IMG/VR virus record: IMGVR_UViG_3300025724_000001
Span: 40,721-104,720 of that record
DNA length: 64,000 nucleotides
Direction: 5' to 3' (one strand)
Origin: a virus
Lineage: Duplodnaviria > Caudoviricetes
Made by a program: the position numbers and the translations under genes. The notes under the pieces are model-generated. The model was not told the DNA's origin and searched no databases. It saw only the letters and a program-made list of their open reading frames with translations. Shown here piece after piece: positions 21,076 through 32,773 of the stretch; the first letter of the stretch is position 1, and every line of letters begins with the position of its first letter.

Positions 21076-22185
21076 ATGAAAAAAGAAGTATATCAAATAT
21101 TAAGAAAGACAATACCCGAAGTTGAATTGGTATCACTGGATAGTCAAAATTGGTATGATTCAAATCACAATTTAATTCCGTGGTCTGGTGGTACAAATTT
21201 GGCACCTCAAAATGGTGATGTCATTTATAATATAAAGGGTACTGTACAGATTGGTTGGTATATGTGGTCTGGAAATACATGGATAACAATTAATAAATCA
21301 CAAGCATATGATAGTTATCAAATACCAATATTTTTAGTAGATACAATTGATGAAATGGGTATTATGGTTGGTTTTGATGGGGAAATTGAACAGGTTGAAC
21401 AGTTTTCTAATTTTACATATACCATAAATAATCAAACAATTACCATTTACAATACGGTTAACACAAATAAATTAAATACACTAGTTGATTCCATATATAC
21501 GATTTCATGGGGAGATGGTGAACCTGATAGTAATTTATTATCACCAACAATTTATGATACAGTATTACCAAATGTTACACACACATATGATGTTCCTGGT
21601 AATTATGTTATTGAAATTACCATTGACTCACCATGGAAAATAGAGAAATTAAAACGAACAATTGAGGTACCATTTAACGGAGCAATAATGCCTACAGATC
21701 TAGGTACATTACAATTCGAAATACCCTATTCTAATCCATTAATCATTGAAACTCAAGATTATTTACAGGATTACACTACGTTAACTGGTAACACAAATGA
21801 TACAATAATATCTTTTATTGCAATAGGAAAAAGTCGAATTGATGAATTTAAATTATATGGTTTATCTGCTTATAGTGGTATAACAATTACTTCTGAATAT
21901 ACGGGTTATACCATTGATGGGTTATATTATATGGATTATTCTGATGGGTACACATATATAACGGGAAACACATCGGATTATAATCATGAAGAGGTATACA
22001 ATGGAATGATAACTAGAAATGAACATTTAATTGGTTTTCTTGATCAGCCAGCGATATATTCTGATATTTTTGTGGAAAGGGGTAAACTTGGTGTTATGGA
22101 GCGGAATCTTAGACTAGGTGAAATTGATAACGTTGGTGAATTAGAAATATATGGGGGTGGGTTTTTTAAAGTGAAAAATCAATAA
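21076..22185 (+). CDS. Putative structural protein with PKD-like domain
   Basis: YTISWGDG...VTHTYDVPGNYVIEITI PKD-type motif. Confidence 0.65.
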   Translation: MKKEVYQILRKTIPEVELVSLDSQNWYDSNHNLIPWSGGTNLAPQNGDVIYNIKGTVQIGWYMWSGNTWITINKSQAYDSYQIPIFLVDTIDEMGIMVGFDGEIEQVEQFSNFTYTINNQTITIYNTVNTNKLNTLVDSIYTISWGDGEPDSNLLSPTIYDTVLPNVTHTYDVPGNYVIEITIDSPWKIEKLKRTIEVPFNGAIMPTDLGTLQFEIPYSNPLIIETQDYLQDYTTLTGNTNDTIISFIAIGKSRIDEFKLYGLSAYSGITITSEYTGYTIDGLYYMDYSDGYTYITGNTSDYNHEEVYNGMITRNEHLIGFLDQPAIYSDIFVERGKLGVMERNLRLGEIDNVGELEIYGGGFFKVKNQ

Positions 22186-22216
22186 TTTCATATTTATATA
22201 AATAAAAGAGATAGAA

Positions 22217-23149
22217 ATGGCAATTGGATCTTATGGGACAATAAGGGCGGCTGACGTATCGCCAGAAGATGTAGAAATTTTATATCATTTTACACCCGAT
22301 AGAAAAACTAGTTCACCTGTTACATTAAGAACATTGAACGCAACGTCAATTTTAACACCTGTTTTTCATAATGCAGAAACGGCATTATCATCTGAATCTG
22401 ATCGGCCACCTGTTGCAGATGTGGAAATTCTAGGTGGTATGTATAATTTAAAATTAGAGTCCGAAGATTTTTCTGATTTGGGATACTATACATTACATTT
22501 AAGACCAAAACAAATCAGAACTATTATTAGCGATTGTGGTGTGTTGGCATCATTACCATCGGTTAGGGGTCTTATAATTGATATGTCTAATGTTGTTACG
22601 TCAGATAGAAATAAATTTTCACCACAAAATCTTGTTGGTTATCGTATAGAATATATTAATCCAACAGATAATAAAAAAATTCCTAATTTTTATCGAATGA
22701 TAACATCGAATTTTTATTGTGAACCAATTACAACTAATTTGGTAAATACAAGTCAAAAAGCTATTCGGTATAGGTATTCTGATAATGCAACGAATCTGAT
22801 GTTTTTAACAATAACACCAAGCGCAGCTCCATCGACAAGACCGACAACAGTACCGTATATTGGCCAACCAAATCAAACGATTATTATATCTAATACATAT
22901 TTTAATCCGACAACGATTGAAATTGAGATGGTTGAACATGATATTTCAACGTTGGCGTATGCTCTTTATGGTAATCAGAGCAAGGCCATGTCAAGTGGTA
23001 TTTACACCATTTATGATAAGGATAATAATATTTATAAACAATTTAATTTATACGAAATTAAAGACGAATTTAATGAAACATTATATGAAATTAGAGAAAA
23101 AAGAGATGATATTGATGAATCATTAAATTTTGATACAATTACAGAATAA
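22217..23149 (+). CDS. Putative structural protein
   Basis: 310 aa, preceded by TATTTAT, coupled to the next gene by TAATG overlap. Confidence 0.6.
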   Translation: MAIGSYGTIRAADVSPEDVEILYHFTPDRKTSSPVTLRTLNATSILTPVFHNAETALSSESDRPPVADVEILGGMYNLKLESEDFSDLGYYTLHLRPKQIRTIISDCGVLASLPSVRGLIIDMSNVVTSDRNKFSPQNLVGYRIEYINPTDNKKIPNFYRMITSNFYCEPITTNLVNTSQKAIRYRYSDNATNLMFLTITPSAAPSTRPTTVPYIGQPNQTIIISNTYFNPTTIEIEMVEHDISTLAYALYGNQSKAMSSGIYTIYDKDNNIYKQFNLYEIKDEFNETLYEIREKRDDIDESLNFDTITE

Positions 23150-26100
23150 TGGCACGTTACAAAGTACCTAGTCAAGCCGCAAGCGGCGCGGATTCATTTA
23201 GTGACGATTTAGTTGGTCGTCAAATTACCGAAGGTTCAAGCCTAATGACAGGTACTAATTTTATTATTGAAAAAACTATACCTGAACGTAATACTAAAGA
23301 ATTTCGAACACAACCATTTTCTGATTTTTTAACACTTGATGATATTGTTGACGAAAAGCATGTTATTGAGGATTTTGATAACACAAAAAAAGAAATCAAA
23401 TTTAATAATGACAAAAAGAATGCAGATCGTTCACTTTATGGTTCATTAAAACAGAGAATTAGGGTCGCTATTAATAATATTATTTCTAAGTATCCGGCAG
23501 CAATACAGGTTAATTCAACATTTATTGGTGGTGTTAATTATACTGCAGAGAATATAGTATATTCAAGTCAAACAAACACAACCGAATTTGATGTTCCATA
23601 TAAATTAATATATAATCCTTTAGAAATTATATTAAAAACACCAAAAAGTGGTATTTTACCAGAAACAGATAACAATATACGTAATTTTTATTCTTCCTTT
23701 ACAAAGTATGTTATTGATTTAACTGGTGAAACTTTTAATATTATATCGTATTCTGAACCTGATTCAAATAATAGAATAACATTAAGGGTTGATGGTAATT
23801 GTTTTAATGGATATTCTGCATTTACCAAAAACTATCTTATTAGGCCAACAGATGGAATTGTTGAAAATTTTTATGAACAATTAGATGATCTTGAGCGGGT
23901 TTTAATTAATAGAGAAACAAATCCAAAATTTACTGCTGCGTTTAATGTACCAAGGGATAGTAGTGATGGTTCATCAACTGAAACTGTTACTATAAATGTA
24001 AATTGGCCAATATCTAATGACGGTTGGAACATATCAATTGTTGGTTTATTATTTGATTATTATATAGATAAGATAAGTTCTTTGGCTGATGAAGTCGATA
24101 ATTATAAATCTAATTTAATTGTTAGATTTTTAACATCACCTCAATTATATGAATTTGATACGGATGATAAAAAAATCGAAGCCGTTTTCCAAATTTATGG
24201 TCGGGCATTTGATAATGTGAAAAAATTTATTGATAACATTGCGTATATGAGAAATGTAAGCTACGATGGTATCAATAATGTTCCTGATATTTTATTAAAA
24301 AACCTAGCTGAAACATTAGGATTATCAACAATAAATTTATTCACTGAAAAAACACTTGAAGAGTCACTTTATACGCGACACGACACTCAATATGATGGTG
24401 TTTCATTAGGAACTAATTTGATTGAGGCCGAATATGAATTTTATAGAAGAATATTAGTTAATCTGGCGTTTCTTTATAAATCAAAAGGAACTAGAACAGC
24501 AATTGAATTTTTCTTAAAATTTATTGGTGCACCGGAGCCAATGATTAGATTGGATGAATATGTTTATAAAGTTGATGGATCACTTCCATCGCAAACAATC
24601 GAAGACGATATTAGAAATGTAATTCAGAGTCAGGTGTCGTCTAGTGTGATGACATGGGATGAAAATCTTTCTGGTTATACATTAACGCGGTTTTCGGGTG
24701 AGACGAGATTAACGAGAGACAAATATCCGGTTGATGAAGACACTGGATTTCCAAGAGGTATTGAATATCCTGATGGCTCGATGTTTTTTCAAAAAGGTGC
24801 GGGGTGGTATAAACGAACACTACATCACAGATCATCAGAGGTGATTGATTATGATAATTCCAATTTAACTGGACGAACCAAAGTAATTAAAACCAAACCC
24901 GCCCCATTTACATATGGGGAAGATTATTTCGATGTTTATAGACAACTTCCAGGATTAAATTATGGGTATTCGTTAGTTTCCAATGTTGATAATAAAAAAA
25001 TTGAGTTAGTAGATGATGAGGCAATATCAAGGTTAACATTAAATAGAAAAAATGTTAATGTGTTTTTGTCTGCCGATAGAGCAATTGATTATGACATATA
25101 TCGAAAATCCAGAGATTTAATGTTGAATTTTGGTGTGTTAACACCACAAACAGGGGTAACATTTGCTGAATTTTTGAGTAATGTAACAAATGACATTATA
25201 AGTAATTCCCATGTTGTTAAATATCAGAATACATATGATAGTCTATTGAGAGTATATTGGGCTTATCAGAACCAAATATTATTTACACCATATAACTATA
25301 TTTCGGTAAATGAATTTATTAACAGATTAAGTCCATATTGGGTTGATATTATCGAACAATTTATTCCTGCAACAACATTATGGCTGGGTGGAAATTTAAT
25401 TGAAAATAGTATATTCAATAGATCAAAATACAAACATAAAAGACCAGTGGGGTCGACAGCATATATTGAAGTTTTATATCCTGATTTTGAAACAGTAATC
25501 GTTGAAGATCTAAGAACATTTATAGGCGGTGGAACTGTAGATAATACTAGTTATGAAAGTTATTTTAGGGGTTTAACATCGTTTTATGGTGTTTCATATA
25601 CAATTACATTAGAGATTAATGGAACTGTTTATAGTAGACAAACAGGTAATTTAAGAACATTCACTGGATTTACACCGACAAGTCCGTGTACAAGGTTAAC
25701 ACCAACAACAGAATCAATACCTCTTATATGTGATTATGTGGGAAGTACTTTATTTAGTGAGATTAACGCAATTGAAAATATGCGAGATGAGTGGAAAGAT
25801 ATAGTTAATACGTTAGTCGAAGAAATAAGTACCGATGAAAATAGTGAATATACGGTAACTGCAGTGTTTTGCAATACACCGGATAATGTAGAATACGTCG
25901 CATTTACTGTCACACCAAAAGATAACACTCGTATAATCGAATCGTTTGATTATTATTTTACACCATCATATGGCTTATATCATGATGAAACCAATATGGA
26001 GGCAAGAGTTGAACCTATTAACACATTAATTTTTAGTGGTGATAGTAATTGTGAGTTATATACTGATATTAACATATTAACAAACATATATGGCTATATA

Positions 26101-29100
26101 CCAACAATTGTGGGTGATGAAAGTGGCAATAGTATGCCGGCATATATACAATTTAATTGTGATGAACCCATTAATGTTCTTCCGATGCAATCTGAATGTA
26201 GTTATTCGATTACTGGTTTTAGTGAGACAAGTTCACATGAATTAATTTTATCAGATGCGGCAAACACCGAAGTTCACTTGAAAATTAACGGATTACAATA
26301 CGTTGTTACAGACTGGACGGATACTTTGAGTGGATTTACGGCGTGGCCAAAAGTTGAATATCGGCCAAGTTATGATTACGGACTAAAAAAAGGTACATAT
26401 GTGTTAAAGGTGAATGGTGGTGGTGTACCTACTACATACCAAGAACTTGAAGTAGCGATAAGTAATGGTAATATTATCGAAGAGTTAGTTGAAAATATTG
26501 TGAGCGGTGATACATTATTATCAATGACATTAAAATCCGCGTCAGAACTTACCGCGTCACAGTTTCAACTAGCCCCTGTTAATGGTTATCAATTTGCTTT
26601 TGACTATCGTTTTGTTAGTATTGAAAATATTGTATGTTTTAGCTCAATTAAAACGTATTTAATTAATAATAAATTTAAGGTTTTACCAACAAGTAAAGTT
26701 TTGGTTTATAGTGTAATCGAATGTGTTCGTCCATCGTTTCTTTTTAAATATCCCGAAGATTTGTACGTAGAAGTAAGTGGTTCAACAAGCGCAGAATATT
26801 TGATTACTGAAACAGGCTTTCCAATTAAAGTAACATCAGTTGAATTTACTAATTGTGATGTTCATGACATTTATTATCAATTAAATACACACGAAGATAC
26901 GAGTAATGTTGTGTTATTTGATGGTATGTTAACTGGTGATGATAAAATAATTGTATCGTATGTTAAAGAAGATATCACCATTTTTGATTTTCAATTACGT
27001 CAGTACTGTATAGATTCTGCTCGTGGTGTTGATGAGGACCATCCATTAAATACTTTAACAAATAGACCATCAACGTTTACTGGGTGGTGTTATAATGGCA
27101 TTCCACCAACACCTTCAGCAACTCCAGTAATAAGTCCGTCAAATACACCGATGGTGACTAGAACACCAACTACAACACCCGTAATAGTTTCATCTACTTT
27201 ATCAGTAACGAGCACACCAAGTGCATCACTAGTTCTTTCAGCAACACCAACGGTAACACCTAGTGTTACGTTTAGTGGTGTTCCATCTATCACGCCAAGT
27301 ATTTCGGTTAGTAGAACGCCAACAATAACACCTAGTGTTACGTTTAGTGGTGTTCCATCCGTCACGCCAAGTATTTCGGTTAGTAGAACGCCAACAATAA
27401 CACCTAGTATTTCGGTTAGTAGAACGCCAACAATAACACCTAGTATTTCGGTTAGTAGAACGCCAACTATATCAGTATCGAATACTCCTGGTGTATCTAT
27501 AACACCATCAATAAGTGTTAGTCCTAGTATTTCAGTTAGTAGAACACCAACCAGAACACCTAGTATTTCAGTTAGTAGAACACCAACACCTACTATTAGT
27601 GTTTCATTATCGCAAGTACCATCTGTCACGCCTAGTATTTCAATTAGTAGAACACCAACAAGGACACCAAGTATAACAATTAGTAGAACACCGAGTGCGA
27701 CAATACCGATGTACACTGCTTGTGGTACATATAGTTTAGGGTTAAATGGTGTTAGTGGTGGTTCTTTTTTAAGTGCTGGTATATTAACTGGCACAACAAC
27801 ACCAAGTGATTATGTTATTGAATGGAGAATGAATTCGACTTCAGGAACTGTAGTCTTTACGACGGGTTCACGTTATGAATATGATGCTACAATTCAAAGA
27901 GAACATCCATTTGTTGATGAAATTGTCGAGTCAGGAACGTTATATCCGGTGATAAGAAAGATATTAATTGGTGGATACACCTATACACCAACTTATGAAT
28001 CCGGAAATAGATTAAGTTCGGATTTATTAACTTGCTTACCATCAGTGGTTATTACACCAATAACATGTGATAGTACATATGGTGTTGATCCAGATAATGT
28101 TTATCCGTTTAATTTAATTTATGAAAACAAAAATGATGGTGGATTAAATAAATCAAGAATATTCACATATCAATTATATAATGATACCAAATATATGGCG
28201 GTTGAATTTTTTGGTTTTGAAGTTTCTGAACAATTAAAAATATATTATTGTACAACAAACAATCCAAATGGAACTTTAATTGAAAATTGGGTTCATGGTT
28301 TATATTATACGGGTAGTACTCATTTAACTACTTATGTGTATTTAAGAACATCAATTTATAGTGGTATGTCTTGGAATGGTGGTGGTTTGTATCCAGTTAA
28401 TTATCCAACAAATCCTCGAATTGCATATATAAATTATTCAAATTGTAATCCATTAAGATTTGTTTTTAAAATGACAGATTTTACGTGGACTAACGGTGAT
28501 TATTTAAAATTTGAAATTATTGGTAGTGTATTTGAACCAGACAAAATAAACACGAACTGGAGACTTAGACTTGATTGTGTTGACGAACTTGATGTGTTGT
28601 CATGTGATTATAATCTTAGTAGTGATGTAAATAAAATAAATTCAACACCGGTAATGGTTTATTCGGGAGATCCTGAATGTAATTATATTGTTTATTATAA
28701 CACGTTATCAGGTTATACATTACCAGACAGAACGAACCCAAATACTCCATGGATGCATAGATACATAACATCTAATATTCTTTCATCTGGAAATTCTATA
28801 GGTGGGTTTGAAAATACACAAATTGGAATATTATGTCCTTGGAAAATATCATCTGCCTATTCTTTAGTAATATATAACACAGGATATAATACCTGTATGA
28901 ATATGGCTGCGGGGCAAACAATTACAATCACAAAAGACACAACATCAATAACATTTACATTTAGTGACATTGCTGACTTTAATGATGCACAAAGTGATTA
29001 TTCACAAATAACTGGTTCTACAGAATGGGCAACATGGGCTTCATATCCCGATACGAATGTGAGTTATTATGGTTATTATAGAATAATGTCGAGAATAGCT

Positions 29101-30855
29101 TCGTCATGTGGTGATGACTATGTTGATATTGATTGGTGTTTCTTTAGAACAGCACCTGTAGTGTTTAATTCAGTTAATAAAACAATGAATATTGTGTTTG
29201 TAATTCCAACAAACAATATAACACCAACACAATGTGATAATAGTTATCAGATGGTTAATTCTGTAATAACTATGTTAACACAGACAAAAAATAGAGTTAT
29301 ACCTACCGGATTAAATGTTACATCTTGTAGGTATGAAGGGCTTTTAATAGCATATCGTCTTACTAAAATTACATCACAAACAAATCCAACAGCACGCCGT
29401 TATAGAATAACAACAATAGAAGATGTGTTTGTAAATGGTTTATGTGATTTGTCAAATTATGGTTTTTGTAAGGGTATTGACACTGGTTATCCGACAGCTT
29501 GGGTGATGTATAAATTTTATGATAGAATTAGATTTGGTGATGTTTCCACACATGAAACACGAATGAATACATGGTGTCTCGATAGGGCTAAGGGATTACG
29601 AACAGATAATTGTAATGATTTTGGTGAAAGTAATTGGGAAACTGTGTATTGTGCATCGGGTTCAACACCATCACCAAGTATAACTCCGAGTGCATCAACA
29701 CCAACACCAAGTGGGGCTGGTGTATATCAATATGATATTGTGACACACACCACACACGCTTCTAGTGATGGTGCTTGTGCGTCTATGAATCTTCCTGATG
29801 ATACAATTTATATGGCAACATCTTCACCCATTATTGGATATTATGCATATAGTGATGCGGCATTGTCGTTTCCTTTCCAAGGTGATCAACGCTGGTATTA
29901 CACAAAAAGTAATACTATTGAATATGCAGTACAAATAATGATTGATGGTTATATAAATGATGTGGTTAATTGTAGTACAACATTACCAACACCATCACCT
30001 ACCATATCTTTAAGTAAAACACCGTTTCCGTCACGATCTATAACACCAACACCATCACCTACGATATCATTTTCTAGAACACCTAGTACGACACCAACAA
30101 AGGCTATTGTTGCTGTAACAAATAATGCTAGCATACCATTGATTGAGAATGTTATGGTAAATGATGGATCAATTTCTTCTAGTGGTTTTCCGTTGAGTTA
30201 TTTAGATACTTTAACAGGAACTACATCAAATTTGGGTTCACAGAATATTGATGTTTATATTTCATATTGGGATGGTGGTTCTAATTATATTAAATTTATT
30301 GATAGCAATAATATTACACATTATAGTTCACTAGTTGGTAGTTCACCATATGGAGAAATAACACACACACTTTCTAGTGTTTATATTTCATTATCTAGGC
30401 CGATTATACTTTCGTTGGAAGATGGAACACCGCCGGCACCTAGTTCTACACCAAGTGTCACAAGAACTATTACACGCACACCAAGTTCTAGTAGTGGTGC
30501 TAGCCCAACACCATCACGAACAGTAACACCAACACCAACACCAAGTCCATTTGGCCCGACAATTAATGTTGTTAATGCCGGAACATACAGTATTACTAAT
30601 ATACAAGTAAATAATATAACAATACCAGATATTAATTTTCCAATTTTATCATCACAGTCAGCCATTGGGCACACAACAGTTTATAGTACTAGTACATCAA
30701 TTACAGTCACATTAAGTCAGGGTTCATTTGGGGAAAGTATAACAGTAAATAATGATTGTCAAGGTACTGATGGTGGTGGTGATTATTCCTTTATAGGTGT
30801 TAATACAACTGTAGGTACAATAACAATTGGTTATATGACAGGGTCATGTCAATAA
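23149..30855 (+). CDS. Large baseplate protein (gp7/P2 gpI-like YKSKGT motif) with S/T/P repeats and appended domains
   Basis: 2568 aa; VPDILLKNLAETLG and LYKSKGTRTAIEFFL motifs typical of wedge-initiator/tail-I-like proteins. Confidence 0.7.
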   Translation: MARYKVPSQAASGADSFSDDLVGRQITEGSSLMTGTNFIIEKTIPERNTKEFRTQPFSDFLTLDDIVDEKHVIEDFDNTKKEIKFNNDKKNADRSLYGSLKQRIRVAINNIISKYPAAIQVNSTFIGGVNYTAENIVYSSQTNTTEFDVPYKLIYNPLEIILKTPKSGILPETDNNIRNFYSSFTKYVIDLTGETFNIISYSEPDSNNRITLRVDGNCFNGYSAFTKNYLIRPTDGIVENFYEQLDDLERVLINRETNPKFTAAFNVPRDSSDGSSTETVTINVNWPISNDGWNISIVGLLFDYYIDKISSLADEVDNYKSNLIVRFLTSPQLYEFDTDDKKIEAVFQIYGRAFDNVKKFIDNIAYMRNVSYDGINNVPDILLKNLAETLGLSTINLFTEKTLEESLYTRHDTQYDGVSLGTNLIEAEYEFYRRILVNLAFLYKSKGTRTAIEFFLKFIGAPEPMIRLDEYVYKVDGSLPSQTIEDDIRNVIQSQVSSSVMTWDENLSGYTLTRFSGETRLTRDKYPVDEDTGFPRGIEYPDGSMFFQKGAGWYKRTLHHRSSEVIDYDNSNLTGRTKVIKTKPAPFTYGEDYFDVYRQLPGLNYGYSLVSNVDNKKIELVDDEAISRLTLNRKNVNVFLSADRAIDYDIYRKSRDLMLNFGVLTPQTGVTFAEFLSNVTNDIISNSHVVKYQNTYDSLLRVYWAYQNQILFTPYNYISVNEFINRLSPYWVDIIEQFIPATTLWLGGNLIENSIFNRSKYKHKRPVGSTAYIEVLYPDFETVIVEDLRTFIGGGTVDNTSYESYFRGLTSFYGVSYTITLEINGTVYSRQTGNLRTFTGFTPTSPCTRLTPTTESIPLICDYVGSTLFSEINAIENMRDEWKDIVNTLVEEISTDENSEYTVTAVFCNTPDNVEYVAFTVTPKDNTRIIESFDYYFTPSYGLYHDETNMEARVEPINTLIFSGDSNCELYTDINILTNIYGYIPTIVGDESGNSMPAYIQFNCDEPINVLPMQSECSYSITGFSETSSHELILSDAANTEVHLKINGLQYVVTDWTDTLSGFTAWPKVEYRPSYDYGLKKGTYVLKVNGGGVPTTYQELEVAISNGNIIEELVENIVSGDTLLSMTLKSASELTASQFQLAPVNGYQFAFDYRFVSIENIVCFSSIKTYLINNKFKVLPTSKVLVYSVIECVRPSFLFKYPEDLYVEVSGSTSAEYLITETGFPIKVTSVEFTNCDVHDIYYQLNTHEDTSNVVLFDGMLTGDDKIIVSYVKEDITIFDFQLRQYCIDSARGVDEDHPLNTLTNRPSTFTGWCYNGIPPTPSATPVISPSNTPMVTRTPTTTPVIVSSTLSVTSTPSASLVLSATPTVTPSVTFSGVPSITPSISVSRTPTITPSVTFSGVPSVTPSISVSRTPTITPSISVSRTPTITPSISVSRTPTISVSNTPGVSITPSISVSPSISVSRTPTRTPSISVSRTPTPTISVSLSQVPSVTPSISISRTPTRTPSITISRTPSATIPMYTACGTYSLGLNGVSGGSFLSAGILTGTTTPSDYVIEWRMNSTSGTVVFTTGSRYEYDATIQREHPFVDEIVESGTLYPVIRKILIGGYTYTPTYESGNRLSSDLLTCLPSVVITPITCDSTYGVDPDNVYPFNLIYENKNDGGLNKSRIFTYQLYNDTKYMAVEFFGFEVSEQLKIYYCTTNNPNGTLIENWVHGLYYTGSTHLTTYVYLRTSIYSGMSWNGGGLYPVNYPTNPRIAYINYSNCNPLRFVFKMTDFTWTNGDYLKFEIIGSVFEPDKINTNWRLRLDCVDELDVLSCDYNLSSDVNKINSTPVMVYSGDPECNYIVYYNTLSGYTLPDRTNPNTPWMHRYITSNILSSGNSIGGFENTQIGILCPWKISSAYSLVIYNTGYNTCMNMAAGQTITITKDTTSITFTFSDIADFNDAQSDYSQITGSTEWATWASYPDTNVSYYGYYRIMSRIASSCGDDYVDIDWCFFRTAPVVFNSVNKTMNIVFVIPTNNITPTQCDNSYQMVNSVITMLTQTKNRVIPTGLNVTSCRYEGLLIAYRLTKITSQTNPTARRYRITTIEDVFVNGLCDLSNYGFCKGIDTGYPTAWVMYKFYDRIRFGDVSTHETRMNTWCLDRAKGLRTDNCNDFGESNWETVYCASGSTPSPSITPSASTPTPSGAGVYQYDIVTHTTHASSDGACASMNLPDDTIYMATSSPIIGYYAYSDAALSFPFQGDQRWYYTKSNTIEYAVQIMIDGYINDVVNCSTTLPTPSPTISLSKTPFPSRSITPTPSPTISFSRTPSTTPTKAIVAVTNNASIPLIENVMVNDGSISSSGFPLSYLDTLTGTTSNLGSQNIDVYISYWDGGSNYIKFIDSNNITHYSSLVGSSPYGEITHTLSSVYISLSRPIILSLEDGTPPAPSSTPSVTRTITRTPSSSSGASPTPSRTVTPTPTPSPFGPTINVVNAGTYSITNIQVNNITIPDINFPILSSQSAIGHTTVYSTSTSITVTLSQGSFGESITVNNDCQGTDGGGDYSFIGVNTTVGTITIGYMTGSCQ
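27255..27700 (+). repeat. S/T/P tandem repeats with a 36-nt unit (PSISVSRTPTIT)
   Basis: Exact or near-exact copies of AGTATTTCGGTTAGTAGAACGCCAACAATAACACCT between about 27298 and 27468. Confidence 0.85.
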
Positions 30856-32732
30856 TGATGAAAAAAATAAAATAAATGGGACAAATTAGAGTCATATTAA
30901 CAGGAATAAGCACATCGAACGATTTTCGAGTATATTACAAACGCGACGATACGGGTTATGGACCATATCCAATAACAGGACCAAGTTGGTTAAATTATCC
31001 GAACGAAATGGATCCTGATGGTATATTTCCTGCTAGTACATCAGTTATTCGGTTATATGAAACAGTTGTCACATTTGATAATGATTATGTTTATTGGATA
31101 AAACTTGAAGATGTTAATGATTCAAAAAGATATCTTATTAAAAACATTAAAATCCATGGTGATAATTTCTGTCCGGATATTCAAGTCACACCAACAGTAA
31201 CACCAACAATATCAATAACACCCACACCATCATCGACACCACAAATGACACCAACACCGTCATTAAGTCCGCAAGCATCACCGACACCATCACCAACTCA
31301 GGGTGTTTCGATAACACCATCACCATCGTTATCTACGACGCCGTCGATTAGTATGTCATTATCACCAACTCGAACACCGTCGGTTTCACAATCAGCAAGT
31401 GTAGATAGTGAAATATATTTTGCATCATTAAGTGGTAATGATGTTGTTATGGGAGTAAACAATGCTCAGGGTAGAACTTTTAATATTAATTTATATTATC
31501 ATTTAACCGCAGAAGTCGATAATAATTGGAGTTGTAATCCTAATATACCAAGTGGAAATGCATTACAGACAACAACGAGAATTCTTGTATCAACTAATGG
31601 TGGTGCAACATGGACAAATAGGGACAGTGTGAGGGCAGAAATACCTGGTGGCGATTGTCAGGATGATTATCAGGAAAAATTTGGATATACGACTATTACA
31701 AATATAACAAACGTATCTCAAGTTAAAGTACGAATAGAGTATGATTGTTATCAAACACAAGATATTAGTAGGGGTACTGGATATGTAACCATATCCTCAG
31801 CAATTGTTGTTAATGGTGGTGGTAATGCTGTAGTGATATGTAATGATGAATTTTCTGCCACATGTGATAATCCAAACGAGCCGGTTAAGATTTTGTGCGG
31901 TGGATTACCACCATCACCAATGCCGTCACCACCGCCACCATCACCAAGTTCAACACCGACAAGGGCGTTAATTGTTGTTGAGAATAACGCTGCTATACCT
32001 TCAATTAGTAATGTTATGGTAAATGATGGGCCAATATCTTCTGGTGGGTTCCCATTGACATATTTAGGAATATTAACTGGATCTACATCAGATTTGGGTT
32101 CACAAAATATTGATATTTATATTACATATTGGGAAGGTGGTTCTAATTATATTAAGTTAACTGATAGTAATAATGTCACATATTATAGTAGTTTGATAGG
32201 AGAAACGCCAGGTGGTGAAATAACACATATAATTCCTAGTATTTATATTTCATTATCCAGACCGGTCAGACTTTCATTGGAAGACGGTACACCACCTTCA
32301 CCAAGCGTCACACCGAGTGTTACAAGAACAGTTACACGTACACCAAGTCCAAGTTTTGGTGCTAGTACTACTCCATCACGAACAGTAACACCAACACCAT
32401 CACCATCACCATTTGGACCAACAGTTATTATATATAATATGGGAACATATAATATTAACGAGGTAACAATAGGTACAATAACAGTTTCGGGAATTAATTT
32501 TCCAATTGTTCCTTCAACTTGGGCTATGGGACATACAACAGTATATAGTACCAACACGGTAGTTGACGTTATGTTAAATCAAGGTTCAATTGGTGAAAGT
32601 GTTTCGGTAAATAATAGTTGTGTAGAAAGTCAAGGAGAAGGTACTTTTACTTTTATTGGTGTTGATACTACTACAGGTCCGGTTACAATAACTTATGCTA
32701 TGGGATCATGTGAATAATGATGAAAAAATAAA
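30103..32732 (+). repeat. Duplicated C-terminal two-domain module (copies at about 30103-30870 and 31965-32732)
   Basis: Colinear proteins NNA.IP.I.NVMVNDG...SLEDGTPP...GPT...GSC; the downstream TAATGATGAAAAAA(A)TAAA is also shared. Confidence 0.85.
30876..32717 (+). CDS. Virion accessory protein with S/T/P linkers and duplicated Ig-like C-terminal module
   Basis: 613 aa; C-terminal ~250 aa paralogous to the end of the preceding gene. Confidence 0.7.
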   Translation: MGQIRVILTGISTSNDFRVYYKRDDTGYGPYPITGPSWLNYPNEMDPDGIFPASTSVIRLYETVVTFDNDYVYWIKLEDVNDSKRYLIKNIKIHGDNFCPDIQVTPTVTPTISITPTPSSTPQMTPTPSLSPQASPTPSPTQGVSITPSPSLSTTPSISMSLSPTRTPSVSQSASVDSEIYFASLSGNDVVMGVNNAQGRTFNINLYYHLTAEVDNNWSCNPNIPSGNALQTTTRILVSTNGGATWTNRDSVRAEIPGGDCQDDYQEKFGYTTITNITNVSQVKVRIEYDCYQTQDISRGTGYVTISSAIVVNGGGNAVVICNDEFSATCDNPNEPVKILCGGLPPSPMPSPPPPSPSSTPTRALIVVENNAAIPSISNVMVNDGPISSGGFPLTYLGILTGSTSDLGSQNIDIYITYWEGGSNYIKLTDSNNVTYYSSLIGETPGGEITHIIPSIYISLSRPVRLSLEDGTPPSPSVTPSVTRTVTRTPSPSFGASTTPSRTVTPTPSPSPFGPTVIIYNMGTYNINEVTIGTITVSGINFPIVPSTWAMGHTTVYSTNTVVDVMLNQGSIGESVSVNNSCVESQGEGTFTFIGVDTTTGPVTITYAMGSCE

Positions 32733-32773
32733 TGTTTATATTTATAAGAATAATAGGAATAACGTAAAAAGAA

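Noticed and set aside
30103-32732. Duplicated C-terminal module as a DGR template/variable repeat pair
   Set aside because: Differences are not adenine-restricted, both copies are coding, and no reverse transcriptase is in the window.
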